In this document: positions 8,867 to 17,385 of the stretch, piece by piece
Position numbering within the stretch: position 1 is the first letter of the stretch
How the letters are laid out: each line of letters opens with the position of its first letter
Assembly: GCA_043779265.1 (NCBI GenBank)
Contig: JAYWEM010000070.1
Location: 1-24,890 of the forward strand
Direction: 5' to 3'
Length of the DNA stretch: 24,890 bases
DNA from: a bacterium
GTDB taxonomy: Bacteria > Eisenbacteria > RBG-16-71-46
Notes under the pieces: generated by a model
Databases searched by the model: none
Told to the model about the DNA's origin: nothing
What the model saw: the letters and a program-made list of their open reading frames with translations, nothing else
Translations under genes and position numbers: made by a program

Positions 8867-9610
8867 TCACTTGGCTCCGATGTGATCCATCCAGGCCTTG
8901 TACACACGCAGCTTGCGATCGGCGAGGGACTGCTCGCGCTCGGCGACCTTCTCGCGCGCGGAGGCCGCGAGCTTCCAGGAGTCGAGGAACTGCTGCTCTG
9001 CCTTGAGCATCGCGTGGTCATCGGCGCGATCTCCCAGCGCATACATGCCGAGCAGCTGCAGCTCGAAATCGCAGGTGCGGACGATGGCGCGGCCGTAGTC
9101 GAGCTGTGCGGTCGAGCGCTCGTCGCGCGCAAATTCCACGTCGAGAACGCGGTCGAAGAAGTCACGCATGAGCTCCTGGCGCTTCTTCTCCGCCTCGAGT
9201 GACTTGCGCTCAGCATCCAGCTTGGCCTTCTTGGCGTCCTTGATGCGCTTGTCGAGCGCGCTGATCTCGGACTTCTTCACATCCACGAGGGCCTTGGTCT
9301 GGATGGCCCGTGTCTTCGCCGCGGCGGCTTCGGACTGGGCGAGGTCGGCGTAGCGCTGCATGCGGTCGCGCTCGTCGCGGACGGTGGCTTCGTCGCGCCA
9401 GTCCACGAGGCGCGGACGCTGTGGCTCGGGCGACAGCGTCGAGCCGATGACCGACTGCCGCGGCATCTCGAGCGTGCGGGTGTGCGTGGGCGCCTCGGGT
9501 GTGGGCGCGTCTGCCGAGTCCGCCGCCGCCTCACCCGCGGACTGAGCCGCGAGCGGTGAAGGCATGATCAAGGTCAGCGCGAACAACATCAGCAGACAGG
9601 AATGGTTCAT
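8867..9610 (-). CDS. Secreted helical/coiled-coil hypothetical protein (247 aa)
   Basis: Strong AAGGAG RBS, signal peptide ending LAA-Q, a Pro/Thr linker, then a charged Ala/Lys/Glu-rich helical region. Confidence 0.8.
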   Translation of the reverse strand: MNHSCLLMLFALTLIMPSPLAAQSAGEAAADSADAPTPEAPTHTRTLEMPRQSVIGSTLSPEPQRPRLVDWRDEATVRDERDRMQRYADLAQSEAAAAKTRAIQTKALVDVKKSEISALDKRIKDAKKAKLDAERKSLEAEKKRQELMRDFFDRVLDVEFARDERSTAQLDYGRAIVRTCDFELQLLGMYALGDRADDHAMLKAEQQFLDSWKLAASAREKVAEREQSLADRKLRVYKAWMDHIGAK

Positions 9611-9676
9611 GGAGAACTCCTTCTTCTATGGTGGAGACCGGGCGCATCCATCGCCTCGGCGCTTGTCCTGCATAAG

Positions 9677-9703
9677 AGACACCGCCCGGTGCGGTTTCGT
9701 CAC
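9677..9703 (-). promoter_or_regulatory. Possible ECF-sigma-type promoter (GTGAC-N18-GTCT) upstream of the coiled-coil gene
   Basis: Minus strand reads GTGACgaaaccgcaccgggcggtGTCTctta, about 66 nt upstream of the ATG. It only resembles ECF -35/-10 geometry. Confidence 0.25.
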
Positions 9704-9761
9704 GTGGAACGCGCGACCCGGGTTGCTCGAAGCGCGCGAACAGCACTTCTCACGATGTTCG

Positions 9762-9960
9762 TGACACACGCCCGCGGCGGAGTGTCAGGTAGCCCGGAAG
9801 TGGACGCGTGGGCCCCCTCCCGAGACGGCGGACTACGAACCAGGGGGTTTGGGGAATGCCGTACTCGTCAGAGCGGGAGTCCTGCGCGTCCCTTCCGCTT
9901 CCTCGTGCAATCCCCCGAGGTTGCGCGTGGGGCCCGGCGTCCCCTTGGCGCCGGTGCCCT
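9762..9960 (+). ncRNA. Candidate structured RNA or leader of unknown family
   Basis: Four consecutive stems: TGACAC/GTGTCA; a ~115-nt rod (CGGAAG/CTTCCG, GGACGCG/CGCGTCC, CGAG/CTCG, ACGGC/GCCGT, GAACC/GGTTT); GTGCAATC/GGTTGCGC; CCGGCGTC/GGCGCCGG. Several non-Watson-Crick positions are G-U on the + strand. Confidence 0.4.
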
Positions 9961-10091
9961 GCCTCACCTATAGAAGATGGTGCGCGTTGATCTTGTGCCG
10001 CGCGTCTCGCACGAGCCCGCCCAAGCGGCTAGCGTCGTTGCTCGCCAGCTCACTCCGCCACGATGCGCGTTTCGATGTCAGGAGACCCCGA

Positions 10092-11129
10092 ATGCCCCGA
10101 ATCCCAGGCCTCGCCTTGTCCCTCGCGATGTCGGCCACGACACTCGTGACCGTTCTGTCCGCCAGCGCCGAGGAGGCCAAGCCGCTCGAACCGGGTCCGT
10201 GGACCTTCGGTGCCGTCGCGACGATTCAGTTTTCCCAGAGCCAGTTCAGCTCGAACTACGCGGGCGGGGACAAGAGCAGCGTGGTCTGGGTGCTGGGCGC
10301 CGCCACGACGGCGGAGCACCAGATCAGCCGAGGGTTCCACTTCGCCAACTCGCTGTTGCTCGCCTATGGACAGACGTCGAAGCAGGTCGCCGACCCGGCC
10401 GACCCCGAGCAGCGAAGCTGGGATTCCCCCGACAAGACCACCGACCAGATCCTGTTCGAGTCGACGGGGCGTCTCACCATGGAGCGGTTCGTCGATCCGT
10501 ACTTCGGGCTTCGCGTCGAATCGCAGTTCCAGGATCGGGGTGACCCGTTCGGGGCGCATGTCCTGAATCCGATCCGGATCAAGGAGTCCGCCGGCATCGC
10601 TCGCGTGATCGAGAAGCGAGAGGACCGCGAACTCATCACCCGATTCGGTCTCGGATTCCGGCAGACGTTCGCCCGCTCGTTCATCGATGCCTCGAAGAGC
10701 GCGACGCGCTCGTTCTCGTCGATGGATGGCGGCTTCGAGTGGCAGACTCAGATGACGAGGCCACTGCTGGACAAGAAGGTGCTGTACAAGGGGCAGCTGC
10801 TCGTGTTCCAGCCGGTCTTCTTCTCCAAGTCGGCGGCGCTCGCGGCCTTCGATGAAGCGGCGCTCGCGGCCCTGCCCGGGCGCGAATCGGTCGCCGACTT
10901 CTGGCGGGCCCCCGACATCGATCTGCAGAACACGTTCTCGGCCGAGATCACCAAGAGCCGGGGCGTGAACCTGTTCGTGCAGTGGCGCCATGACAAGTTC
11001 GATGCCGCCACGGCGTTCGATGCGAGTCAGCCGATCGCGACCCAGGCGGCGGTGATCGATCGCGGCATCCGCAAGGCCGGGCAGTTCAAAGAGGTGTTCG
11101 CGCTCTCGCTCAGCTGCCGCCTGCTCTGA
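10092..11129 (+). CDS. DUF3078-like outer-membrane protein (345 aa)
   Basis: AGGAG RBS at 10080-10084 and a signal peptide. N-terminal FSQSQFSSNYAGGD, then LLLAYGQT and DKTTDQI, with amphipathic beta-strands. Confidence 0.78.
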   Translation: MPRIPGLALSLAMSATTLVTVLSASAEEAKPLEPGPWTFGAVATIQFSQSQFSSNYAGGDKSSVVWVLGAATTAEHQISRGFHFANSLLLAYGQTSKQVADPADPEQRSWDSPDKTTDQILFESTGRLTMERFVDPYFGLRVESQFQDRGDPFGAHVLNPIRIKESAGIARVIEKREDRELITRFGLGFRQTFARSFIDASKSATRSFSSMDGGFEWQTQMTRPLLDKKVLYKGQLLVFQPVFFSKSAALAAFDEAALAALPGRESVADFWRAPDIDLQNTFSAEITKSRGVNLFVQWRHDKFDAATAFDASQPIATQAAVIDRGIRKAGQFKEVFALSLSCRLL

Positions 11130-11141
11130 CCCCGCAAGGGG
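11130..11141. terminator. Short CCCC-GCAA-GGGG hairpin between convergent genes
   Basis: 4-bp stem with a GNRA loop immediately after the DUF3078 stop. No U-tract. Confidence 0.25.
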
Positions 11142-11147
11142 ATCGAC

Positions 11148-12803
11148 TCAGGCGGCGCGGCGCTCGCGGGCCCGGTGCTCGCGGAGGACCCGCTTCAGCT
11201 CCTCGAGCCGCAGGGGCTTGGTCAACACCTCCTGCATGCCCGACTCGATGCAGCGAGCGTGGTCATCGGGCGACGCATTGGCCGTGAGCGCCACGATGTG
11301 GATCTTCGTGTTGAGGGCGGCCTCGCGCGCGCACAGTCGCCGGGCCGCTTCGTAGCCGTCCATCTCGGGCATCATGCAATCGAGGAACACGAGCGAGTGC
11401 CGGTGTTCCTCCCAGCGCTCCAGCGCCTCGAGGCCCGTCTCGGCGAGCACCACGCGGCAGCCGAGGTGCTGCAACATCCGACTGGCCACCTTGAGGTTCA
11501 CCGGGTTGTCGTCGACGACCAGCACGTGCAGTTCGTCGTGGTCCGAGGCCTCGGCGCCAGAAGTCGTCCGCAGGGATCGGATGTCGATCACGCGTGACAC
11601 CTCGGCCATGCCGAGCGGCAGCTCGAAAGCGAACACGGAGCCGCGCCCGGTCTCGCTGCGCGCCTCGATGCGGCCCTGCATCAACTCGACGAGCTGACGG
11701 CAGATGGCCAGTCCCAGGCCGGTGCCGCCGAACTTGCGCGTCGTCGAGGTGTCGGCCTGCGAGAACTTGTGGAAGAGCAGGGGGAGTGTGTCGGCGGGGA
11801 TTCCGATGCCGGAGTCCTCGACCTCGACGAGCAGTCGCCAACCGGCGGTCTCCTCCTCGATCCGAGCACGAACGGTGACCGCGCCCCCGGGTGTGAACTT
11901 GATCGCGTTGCCCATCAGGTTGATGAGCACCTGACGCAGCCGCGTCGGATCGCCCACCGCCGTGTTCGGCAAGCCGGGTGCCAACTGGAGTCGCAGGTCG
12001 ACGCCGCTCTCGACGGCACGGTTCTCGAGCAATTCCCGGCAGTCCTCGAACAGCACCGGCAGCTCGAACGGAACCGACTCCACGTCGAGCCGCCCGGCCT
12101 CGATCTTCGAGAAGTCGAGGATGCCGTTGAGGATCGCGAGCAGTGACTCGCCCGAGCGCAGCGCCGTCTCGACCAGGTCCTGGCGCTCGGGATCCAGCTG
12201 CGAGACCTGCAGCAGCTGCAGCAGTCCGAGCACGCCGTTCATCGGCGTGCGGATCTCGTGGCTCATCGTCGCCAAGAACTCGCCCTTGGCTCGGCTGGCC
12301 TGTTCGGCCGTGGCCTTCGTTTCACGCAATTCGGCGCGCTGGCGGGTCACTGTCTCGTTGAGTGTGCGCGAGTCCTCGAGCGCACGCAGGTGCGACTGCA
12401 CGACCTGCAACAAGTCGGCGGTGGCGTCGTGCAGTGCATAGTCATCGAGCGACAGGCCGAGCGCCTTGAGCCGCGCGACCTGCGTGACCCACGGGGACAA
12501 CAGGAACAGGAGTCCGCCCTGGGCCCGGGCCACCAGCTGCCCTCGCAGCATCAGGTCGTGCGGGCCGCGAACGATGAAGAGCAGATGGAGATTCTCGCGC
12601 AGGGCCTCGGCGGTCAGCGTGCAGCTGGGCCGCTCGATCTGCAGCACATCGTAGAACGGCCGCCCGGGCGCCAGCTCGGGGAGGATGCGCGCCAGCGATG
12701 GCCCGACCTGCTCCACGCGCAGGCGCTCATCGAGCGCCAGGTGGAATGGGAAGGCGGAAGCGAACTCGCCGCCGTTCAGTCCGATGTTGGAACGAACGTT
12801 CAC
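11148..12803 (-). CDS. Soluble hybrid histidine kinase: H-NOXA/HNOBA (PAS-like), HisKA, HATPase_c, REC (551 aa)
   Basis: H-NOXA signatures AFPFHLALD..QVGPSL, LMLRGQ, LFLLSP and GLSLDDYALHD. H-box FLATMSHEIRTPMNG; N-box QVLINLMGNAIKFT; G1 DSGIG; G2 GGTGLGL. REC motifs VVDDN, FLDCMMP, LTAN and KP. GTG start overlaps the H-NOX stop. Confidence 0.95.
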   Translation of the reverse strand: MNVRSNIGLNGGEFASAFPFHLALDERLRVEQVGPSLARILPELAPGRPFYDVLQIERPSCTLTAEALRENLHLLFIVRGPHDLMLRGQLVARAQGGLLFLLSPWVTQVARLKALGLSLDDYALHDATADLLQVVQSHLRALEDSRTLNETVTRQRAELRETKATAEQASRAKGEFLATMSHEIRTPMNGVLGLLQLLQVSQLDPERQDLVETALRSGESLLAILNGILDFSKIEAGRLDVESVPFELPVLFEDCRELLENRAVESGVDLRLQLAPGLPNTAVGDPTRLRQVLINLMGNAIKFTPGGAVTVRARIEEETAGWRLLVEVEDSGIGIPADTLPLLFHKFSQADTSTTRKFGGTGLGLAICRQLVELMQGRIEARSETGRGSVFAFELPLGMAEVSRVIDIRSLRTTSGAEASDHDELHVLVVDDNPVNLKVASRMLQHLGCRVVLAETGLEALERWEEHRHSLVFLDCMMPEMDGYEAARRLCAREAALNTKIHIVALTANASPDDHARCIESGMQEVLTKPLRLEELKRVLREHRARERRAA

Positions 12804-13360
12804 GCGGCTTGCGCAGCCTGCCAGCGGAGCTGGAACTCATCGTGGTCGTGACCGGTGCCTCGATTGGGACCGAGCACGATCTCGATCGGCGTCTCGTACA
12901 GCTCGGAGAGCCCGAGCAGTACGCCCTCGACGAACGCCGTCAGCCCGGGACGATCGGAGTGGTAGTGCAGCGTCATCGACTCGGCCGTGACATGAGTGCA
13001 GCTGAATCGCGGCGGCTTCAAGTCGGGATAGATGAGCACGACGCGAGCATGGAAGTTGGGGAGGTTGCGCAGGAACTCGGGGAGCGTGCGGCCGCCCATC
13101 TTGAGCATCTCGCCGTAGCTCTCGACCGCCGTGTGCAGCACCCAGTGCTTGCCGAACTCGACGAGCACCGCTTGGGCGTCGAGTTGCAGTTCCTCGCAGG
13201 CGGCGCCGATCAACTGGTAGGTCGTGGCGTCCGGGTAGGACTCATCCGAGAGGAACAGGTCGACGTCGATGCCGGCGCGCGCTTTGACGCGTTCCCAGGC
13301 ATCGAGGCCGAAGCGGGTGGTGATGAGTTCCTCGACTGCGCGATTCACGAGACCGTACAT
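12800..13360 (-). CDS. hnoX: Stand-alone H-NOX heme nitric oxide/oxygen-binding protein (186 aa)
   Basis: MYGLVN start, proximal His104 (NLPNFH), Pro117, Y133-x-S135-x-R137 heme-binding motif, GGAGG RBS. Confidence 0.96.
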   Translation of the reverse strand: MYGLVNRAVEELITTRFGLDAWERVKARAGIDVDLFLSDESYPDATTYQLIGAACEELQLDAQAVLVEFGKHWVLHTAVESYGEMLKMGGRTLPEFLRNLPNFHARVVLIYPDLKPPRFSCTHVTAESMTLHYHSDRPGLTAFVEGVLLGLSELYETPIEIVLGPNRGTGHDHDEFQLRWQAAQAA

Positions 13361-13393
13361 GGGGACCTCCGGGTGAGGAGGGGGCCCAAGTGA

Positions 13394-13420
13394 GTCTCGG
13401 CGATCGGGAAGAGGACTTGA
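13394..13420 (-). promoter_or_regulatory. Sigma28 (FliA/SigD)-like promoter TCAAGTCC-N11-GCCGAGAC
   Basis: Matches the TAAAGTTT/TCAAG-N11-GCCGATAA consensus with the exact 11-nt spacer, ending 33 nt upstream of the H-NOX ATG. Confidence 0.55.
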
Positions 13421-13450
13421 GGGGGGCTGTGGGACCAGTACCAGGCCCGA

Positions 13451-14851
13451 TCAGACCACCGGGTGTTGCAGATGATGCGTCGTCCGCTGCTGGAAGCGCT
13501 CTCCGAGCGCCAGGAGCGAGGCATCCTCGAACGGGGCCGCCACCATCTGGAAGCCGCAGGGCATCCGGTTGGTCCCGAACCCGGCGGGCATCGCCAAGCC
13601 GGGCAATCCGCACGCCGCGCTGATCGCGCCCACGGGGTCCCCGTAGGGCAGCGCCTCGTAGAGGTCCATCGCGAGAGGCGGTGCGACCGACTTGAAGTTG
13701 GGCGTGACGATGACGTCGATCTTTTCGAACCACTCCGCCATCGTCGTCTGCAGCTCGCGCCGCATCCGGATCGCCTTGATGGTGTCGGCACCCGTGATCG
13801 GTGCAGCCAACTCGCGCTGTCTCGGCGCGAGCGGGTCGACCAACTGCGAGACACGACCATCGTCGAAGAACGTCTCGAACGTGCTCAACGCCTCCACCGT
13901 GATCAGCGTGCCGGCCACTTCGCTCGCGGGGTACTCGGGGAGAATTGCCTCCTCGATGGTCAGGCCCATCGCGCGCAGGCTCACGACCGCCGCCTCGAAC
14001 GCGGCACGCACTTCGCTCTCCCCGGTCTTCGACCAGTCGAGCGCGACGCGTCCGATTCGCAATGGGCGCTCCTTGCGAGCGCGAGGAGGGGAGAAGTCGA
14101 GTTTCACCGCCGCCATCGAGGGATCCCGGTCGTCGGGGGCATGGATCGCCGCGAGCACCGCGCGGCAGTCGGCGGCGCTCCTCGCGAGCGGGCCGATCTT
14201 GTCGAACGTGTAGGCGCCTACCATGCCGCCGGCGCGCGAGACAACGCCATAGGTGGGGCGGAAGCCCGTCAGGCCACAGAAGGCGGCGGGGCAGAGGATG
14301 CTGCCCCAAGTCTCGGTGCCGATGGCGAACGAGGCGAGTCCGGCGGCGACGGCGGCACCGGACCCGGACGACGAACCACCGGTCCATCTCGAGGGATCCC
14401 ACGGATTGCGACCGGGCCCGCTGGCCGAGGCATCAGCGAAGCGATAGCCGAGACAGCCGGCGAATTCCACCATCGCCGCCTTGCCGAGCAGGACCGCGCC
14501 GGCCTCGCGAAGCAGGCGGACGACGGTGGCGTCTTCGCTCGGGACACGGCCCCGGAGGAAGCGCGTTCCCCACGCGGTGGCAATGCCCTGCGTGTCGAGC
14601 AGGTCCTTGGCGGCGTACGGCACGCCATGCAGCAGGCCCTTGTAGCGACCCGCCTTGATCTCACTTGCGGCTTGCTTGGCCTGCTCCAGCGCGAGCTCGC
14701 GCGTGACACGCTCGTAGGCATGGAATCGATCGTTGTGCGACTCGATCCGTGCCAGGAAGCCCTCGGCGAGTTCCACGGGGGACATTCGTCCGGCGCGGAT
14801 CTCGGGGGCGAGTGCGGTGATGGGCGAGAAGAACACCTCGGGCTTGAGCAT
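13451..14851 (-). CDS. Amidase signature family enzyme, GatA/AtzE-like fold (466 aa), no signal peptide
   Basis: Catalytic Lys in GVPYAAKD, NPWD, GGSSSGS, and the nucleophile motif GTETWGSILCPA. ATG 14851 overlaps the upstream stop (TGATG); GAGGAG RBS. Confidence 0.93.
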   Translation of the reverse strand: MLKPEVFFSPITALAPEIRAGRMSPVELAEGFLARIESHNDRFHAYERVTRELALEQAKQAASEIKAGRYKGLLHGVPYAAKDLLDTQGIATAWGTRFLRGRVPSEDATVVRLLREAGAVLLGKAAMVEFAGCLGYRFADASASGPGRNPWDPSRWTGGSSSGSGAAVAAGLASFAIGTETWGSILCPAAFCGLTGFRPTYGVVSRAGGMVGAYTFDKIGPLARSAADCRAVLAAIHAPDDRDPSMAAVKLDFSPPRARKERPLRIGRVALDWSKTGESEVRAAFEAAVVSLRAMGLTIEEAILPEYPASEVAGTLITVEALSTFETFFDDGRVSQLVDPLAPRQRELAAPITGADTIKAIRMRRELQTTMAEWFEKIDVIVTPNFKSVAPPLAMDLYEALPYGDPVGAISAACGLPGLAMPAGFGTNRMPCGFQMVAAPFEDASLLALGERFQQRTTHHLQHPVV

Positions 14852-15141
14852 CAGCGGGTCCTCCTCGAACGCGCGATCGGCATGAAGACCAGTGACAGGT
14901 CGCCGCCCGGAGGCAGCGGATGCTTGCGCAGCACCTCGAGCGAGGCCTTGGTCGAAGCGGCGGCTTCCTCGCTCCACTTGGCCAACGGATCGGGCTTGGG
15001 CTGGGGCGAGGGTCGGGCCGCACGCTTCTTCGCTGCGGGCTTGGCCGATTGGGCAGCGAGCGATCCCGACGAGAGGAGCGCGGCCGAGCCCGCCACGAGT
15101 GTGAGGAAGCGGCGACGCGAGACGCGTGACCGGGCGCTCAT
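14851..15141 (-). CDS. Small twin-arginine (Tat) signal protein, possible AtzG/GatC-like amidase partner (96 aa)
   Basis: SRRRFL plus a hydrophobic region and LAA-Q cleavage site. Overlaps both neighbours (ATGA and TGATG). C-terminal LRKHPLPPGGDLSLVFMP. Confidence 0.75.
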   Translation of the reverse strand: MSARSRVSRRRFLTLVAGSAALLSSGSLAAQSAKPAAKKRAARPSPQPKPDPLAKWSEEAAASTKASLEVLRKHPLPPGGDLSLVFMPIARSRRTR

Positions 15142-15581
15142 CGCGACACCTCGCGCGACAACGAACGTCCCTCGAATGCCTCGATCTGGGCGCGCAGCTC
15201 GGGTGGACACACGATGCTGGACTTGGCCGTGTAGTCGTAGAACACCTGCACGGTGCGCGCGCTCACAACCAATCGCTGCGAGTCCTGTTCGCGGATCTCG
15301 CAATCGAATCCGAATGACCGCGTGCCGATGTGCGAGCAGCGGATGCAGAGGTCGAGCGTCTCGTGCATGAGGGCCTCACTTCGGAAGTCGATGTCGACGT
15401 GGGCGAGAATGAACGGCACGACCCGGTAGTTGTTGTCGCCACCCTTGAAGGCCCGCCAGTACTCCTGACGCGCCACCTCGAGATACGTGATGTAGACCGC
15501 ATTGTTGATGTGCCCCATCGCATCCGTGTCACGGAAGCGAGGACGGAGCGGCGCGACGATCCGCCACGGAAGCGCACTCAT
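15138..15581 (-). CDS. Acyl-CoA thioesterase, hotdog fold, 4HBT/YbgC/FadM family (147 aa)
   Basis: RFRDTDAMGHINNAVYITYLEVAR motif; IGTRSF; GAGG RBS. Confidence 0.93.
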   Translation of the reverse strand: MSALPWRIVAPLRPRFRDTDAMGHINNAVYITYLEVARQEYWRAFKGGDNNYRVVPFILAHVDIDFRSEALMHETLDLCIRCSHIGTRSFGFDCEIREQDSQRLVVSARTVQVFYDYTAKSSIVCPPELRAQIEAFEGRSLSREVSR

Positions 15582-15589
15582 GAGAACCT

Positions 15590-16870
15590 CTAGAACGCGT
15601 TGAAGGGGTGGATGAACGCCGGACGGGTCCGGAACCATCCGTCGGCGAACACGGCGCCGCCGCGAACATCGCCGATCAATCCGGCCTCGGCGGCGAGCAC
15701 CGGGGACAGCGAGCCCGACAGGATCGACGCGAGCATGTCGATCGACAGTGTCAGTCGCGGCAGTCGCGATCGCGAGCCCTGCATGCGTGCGGTCTCGGCG
15801 CGGACCTCGAGTCGGCCGCCGCTGGCGTGCACTCGCCACACGCGCTGATTGGTCGGCAGCACGTCGTCGCGCACGTCGAGCGCGACCTCGCCTCGCGCCT
15901 CGCGGGCGATCGGCATCGCCTCGAGCGCCGCTTTCAGATCGACGATGCGCAACATCGCACCGTAGCCGGCATGGCCCCGCGTGCGGTGCCCGAACAGCTT
16001 CATCTCGCCGCGCATGTTGGCGGGGTCGGCGACGGCGACGGGCCAGACGAAGTCGTCGGGGACAAGCGCGGTCACCTCGACCGCCTGGTCGCGCAGGCCG
16101 TGCAGGTAGGCCCAGAGGCCGCGATGCGCGTCGGGAGTCGAGGCCATCATCTCGTTGACGTTGATCACCAGCTTCCACGGGCCATCGGCGGAATCCACCT
16201 GATACTGCAGGTAGCCCTCGATGCGGCCGCGGGTGCGCTCGTAGACGACCCAGTCACCTTCGTAGTCCCACAGTCGACGCGCCCACCATTCCGGGCGCCG
16301 CTCGAACGCGAAGTGGCCGCGCTCCTCGGCAAGACGTGCGTAGAGTTGCTCGACCAAGGGGCGATCGGGCAGGCGCATGCGGCGGACCCGGCGGATCTCG
16401 GGCGAAGCCGGGATCAATGCAGGCGGCGTGCTCAGCATGAGCGAGCGCTCGATGAGGCCGTATCCCAATCGTTGGTAGAAGTCCGAGCGGAATGCATAGA
16501 GCATCGAGAACGCGTCGCCTCGCTGACGCATCTCACGGAGCGCGGCGCGCATGAGGGCCTCGCCGACGCCGCGGCGCCGGTGCTCGGGAGACACCGCGAC
16601 ACCGCCGATGCCCCGCACCGGCAGGCGCGCGCCTCGCACGAACGATTGGAACGGGTACAGCACGAGCGAGGCCACCAGCGCACCGTCCAACTCGCCGACG
16701 CGCACGTCGGTGAAGGCGAAACGCGGGTGGTCGGTGTAGAAGGCGCGCTGTGCCTCGATCGTGCGGACGCGATAGCTGCGCAGCGCGAGGTCGGCGAGGA
16801 GCTCCAGATCGGGGCGTCGGGCATGCCGATAGCGAAGGGCTGGTGGCCGGTTGGCTCGCGTCGGACTCAC
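15590..16870 (-). CDS. eis: Eis-family GNAT acetyltransferase: two GNAT domains plus an SCP2-like domain (426 aa)
   Basis: GIGGVAVSPEHRRRGVGEALM acetyl-CoA motif, FYQRLGYG, MLRIVDLKAALE, DVRDDVLPTN, and a C-terminal Phe typical of Eis proteins. Confidence 0.88.
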   Translation of the reverse strand: MSPTRANRPPALRYRHARRPDLELLADLALRSYRVRTIEAQRAFYTDHPRFAFTDVRVGELDGALVASLVLYPFQSFVRGARLPVRGIGGVAVSPEHRRRGVGEALMRAALREMRQRGDAFSMLYAFRSDFYQRLGYGLIERSLMLSTPPALIPASPEIRRVRRMRLPDRPLVEQLYARLAEERGHFAFERRPEWWARRLWDYEGDWVVYERTRGRIEGYLQYQVDSADGPWKLVINVNEMMASTPDAHRGLWAYLHGLRDQAVEVTALVPDDFVWPVAVADPANMRGEMKLFGHRTRGHAGYGAMLRIVDLKAALEAMPIAREARGEVALDVRDDVLPTNQRVWRVHASGGRLEVRAETARMQGSRSRLPRLTLSIDMLASILSGSLSPVLAAEAGLIGDVRGGAVFADGWFRTRPAFIHPFNAF

Positions 16871-17385
16871 TGGTCGATCTCCTTCGACAGATGGAACGAG
16901 GGGGCGCCATCACGAGCGCGGGTCACGCCGGGGCCACGAAGGGCCTGACCCTCCGCAGTGGCGCGCAGGACTTCGGGCGATTGCCAATCGGCGGTGAAAC
17001 GCGCGAGGACCTCGACCTGGTACGGGCCCACCGGTAGCGGTCCGTAGTCCCCGAGGAGAGGTCCGGTCGTGAAGCGCCGACCCTCGACGAGCGCGTGCGC
17101 CATCGCCAGGCTCGCACCGCCGCCCTTCGGACGAATCGCGATCTGAAGCCGTGTGCCGTCCGGCAGGTCGGCGCCGCCCTCGATCCGCATTGCGCCGTTG
17201 TCGAGTCGCAGCACCTGGAACCCCTCGATGATCGGCGGGCCCTGCGACAGCCCGACGGTGTCGGGAAGCGAGTCGAACGTGAGCGGAGTCGCGGCCTTGT
17301 CATCGCCACCGCAACCCGCAACGCACAAGCCGAGGGACAGCGCGAGCGTGATGACGAAACGGCGGAGGATCGCGTCGAGGGCCAT
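16867..17385 (-). CDS. Hypothetical lipoprotein with a probable single Ig-like domain (172 aa)
   Basis: Lipobox LSLGLCVAG-C; GGADLPDGTRL...GPYQVEV beta-sandwich pattern; stop overlaps the eis GTG start. Confidence 0.75.
   Translation of the reverse strand: MALDAILRRFVITLALSLGLCVAGCGGDDKAATPLTFDSLPDTVGLSQGPPIIEGFQVLRLDNGAMRIEGGADLPDGTRLQIAIRPKGGGASLAMAHALVEGRRFTTGPLLGDYGPLPVGPYQVEVLARFTADWQSPEVLRATAEGQALRGPGVTRARDGAPSFHLSKEIDQ

Noticed and set aside
9787..9903. Rod hairpin as SRP RNA, tRNA-Sec or 6S RNA
   Set aside because: No SRP CAGG-GNRA-AGCA apical motif. No TTCGA T-loop or TCA anticodon arm, despite the GGAAG...CTTCCG ends. Too short for 6S and lacks its central bubble.
13451..14851. 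Amidase as gatA
   Set aside because: No gatB in the window, and the motifs deviate from GatA (ETWGSI; KAAMVEFA instead of KTNMDEF).
13463..16948. 635-aa and 446-aa plus-strand ORFs
   Set aside because: Antisense to the amidase, Tat protein, thioesterase and Eis genes; typical shadow composition.
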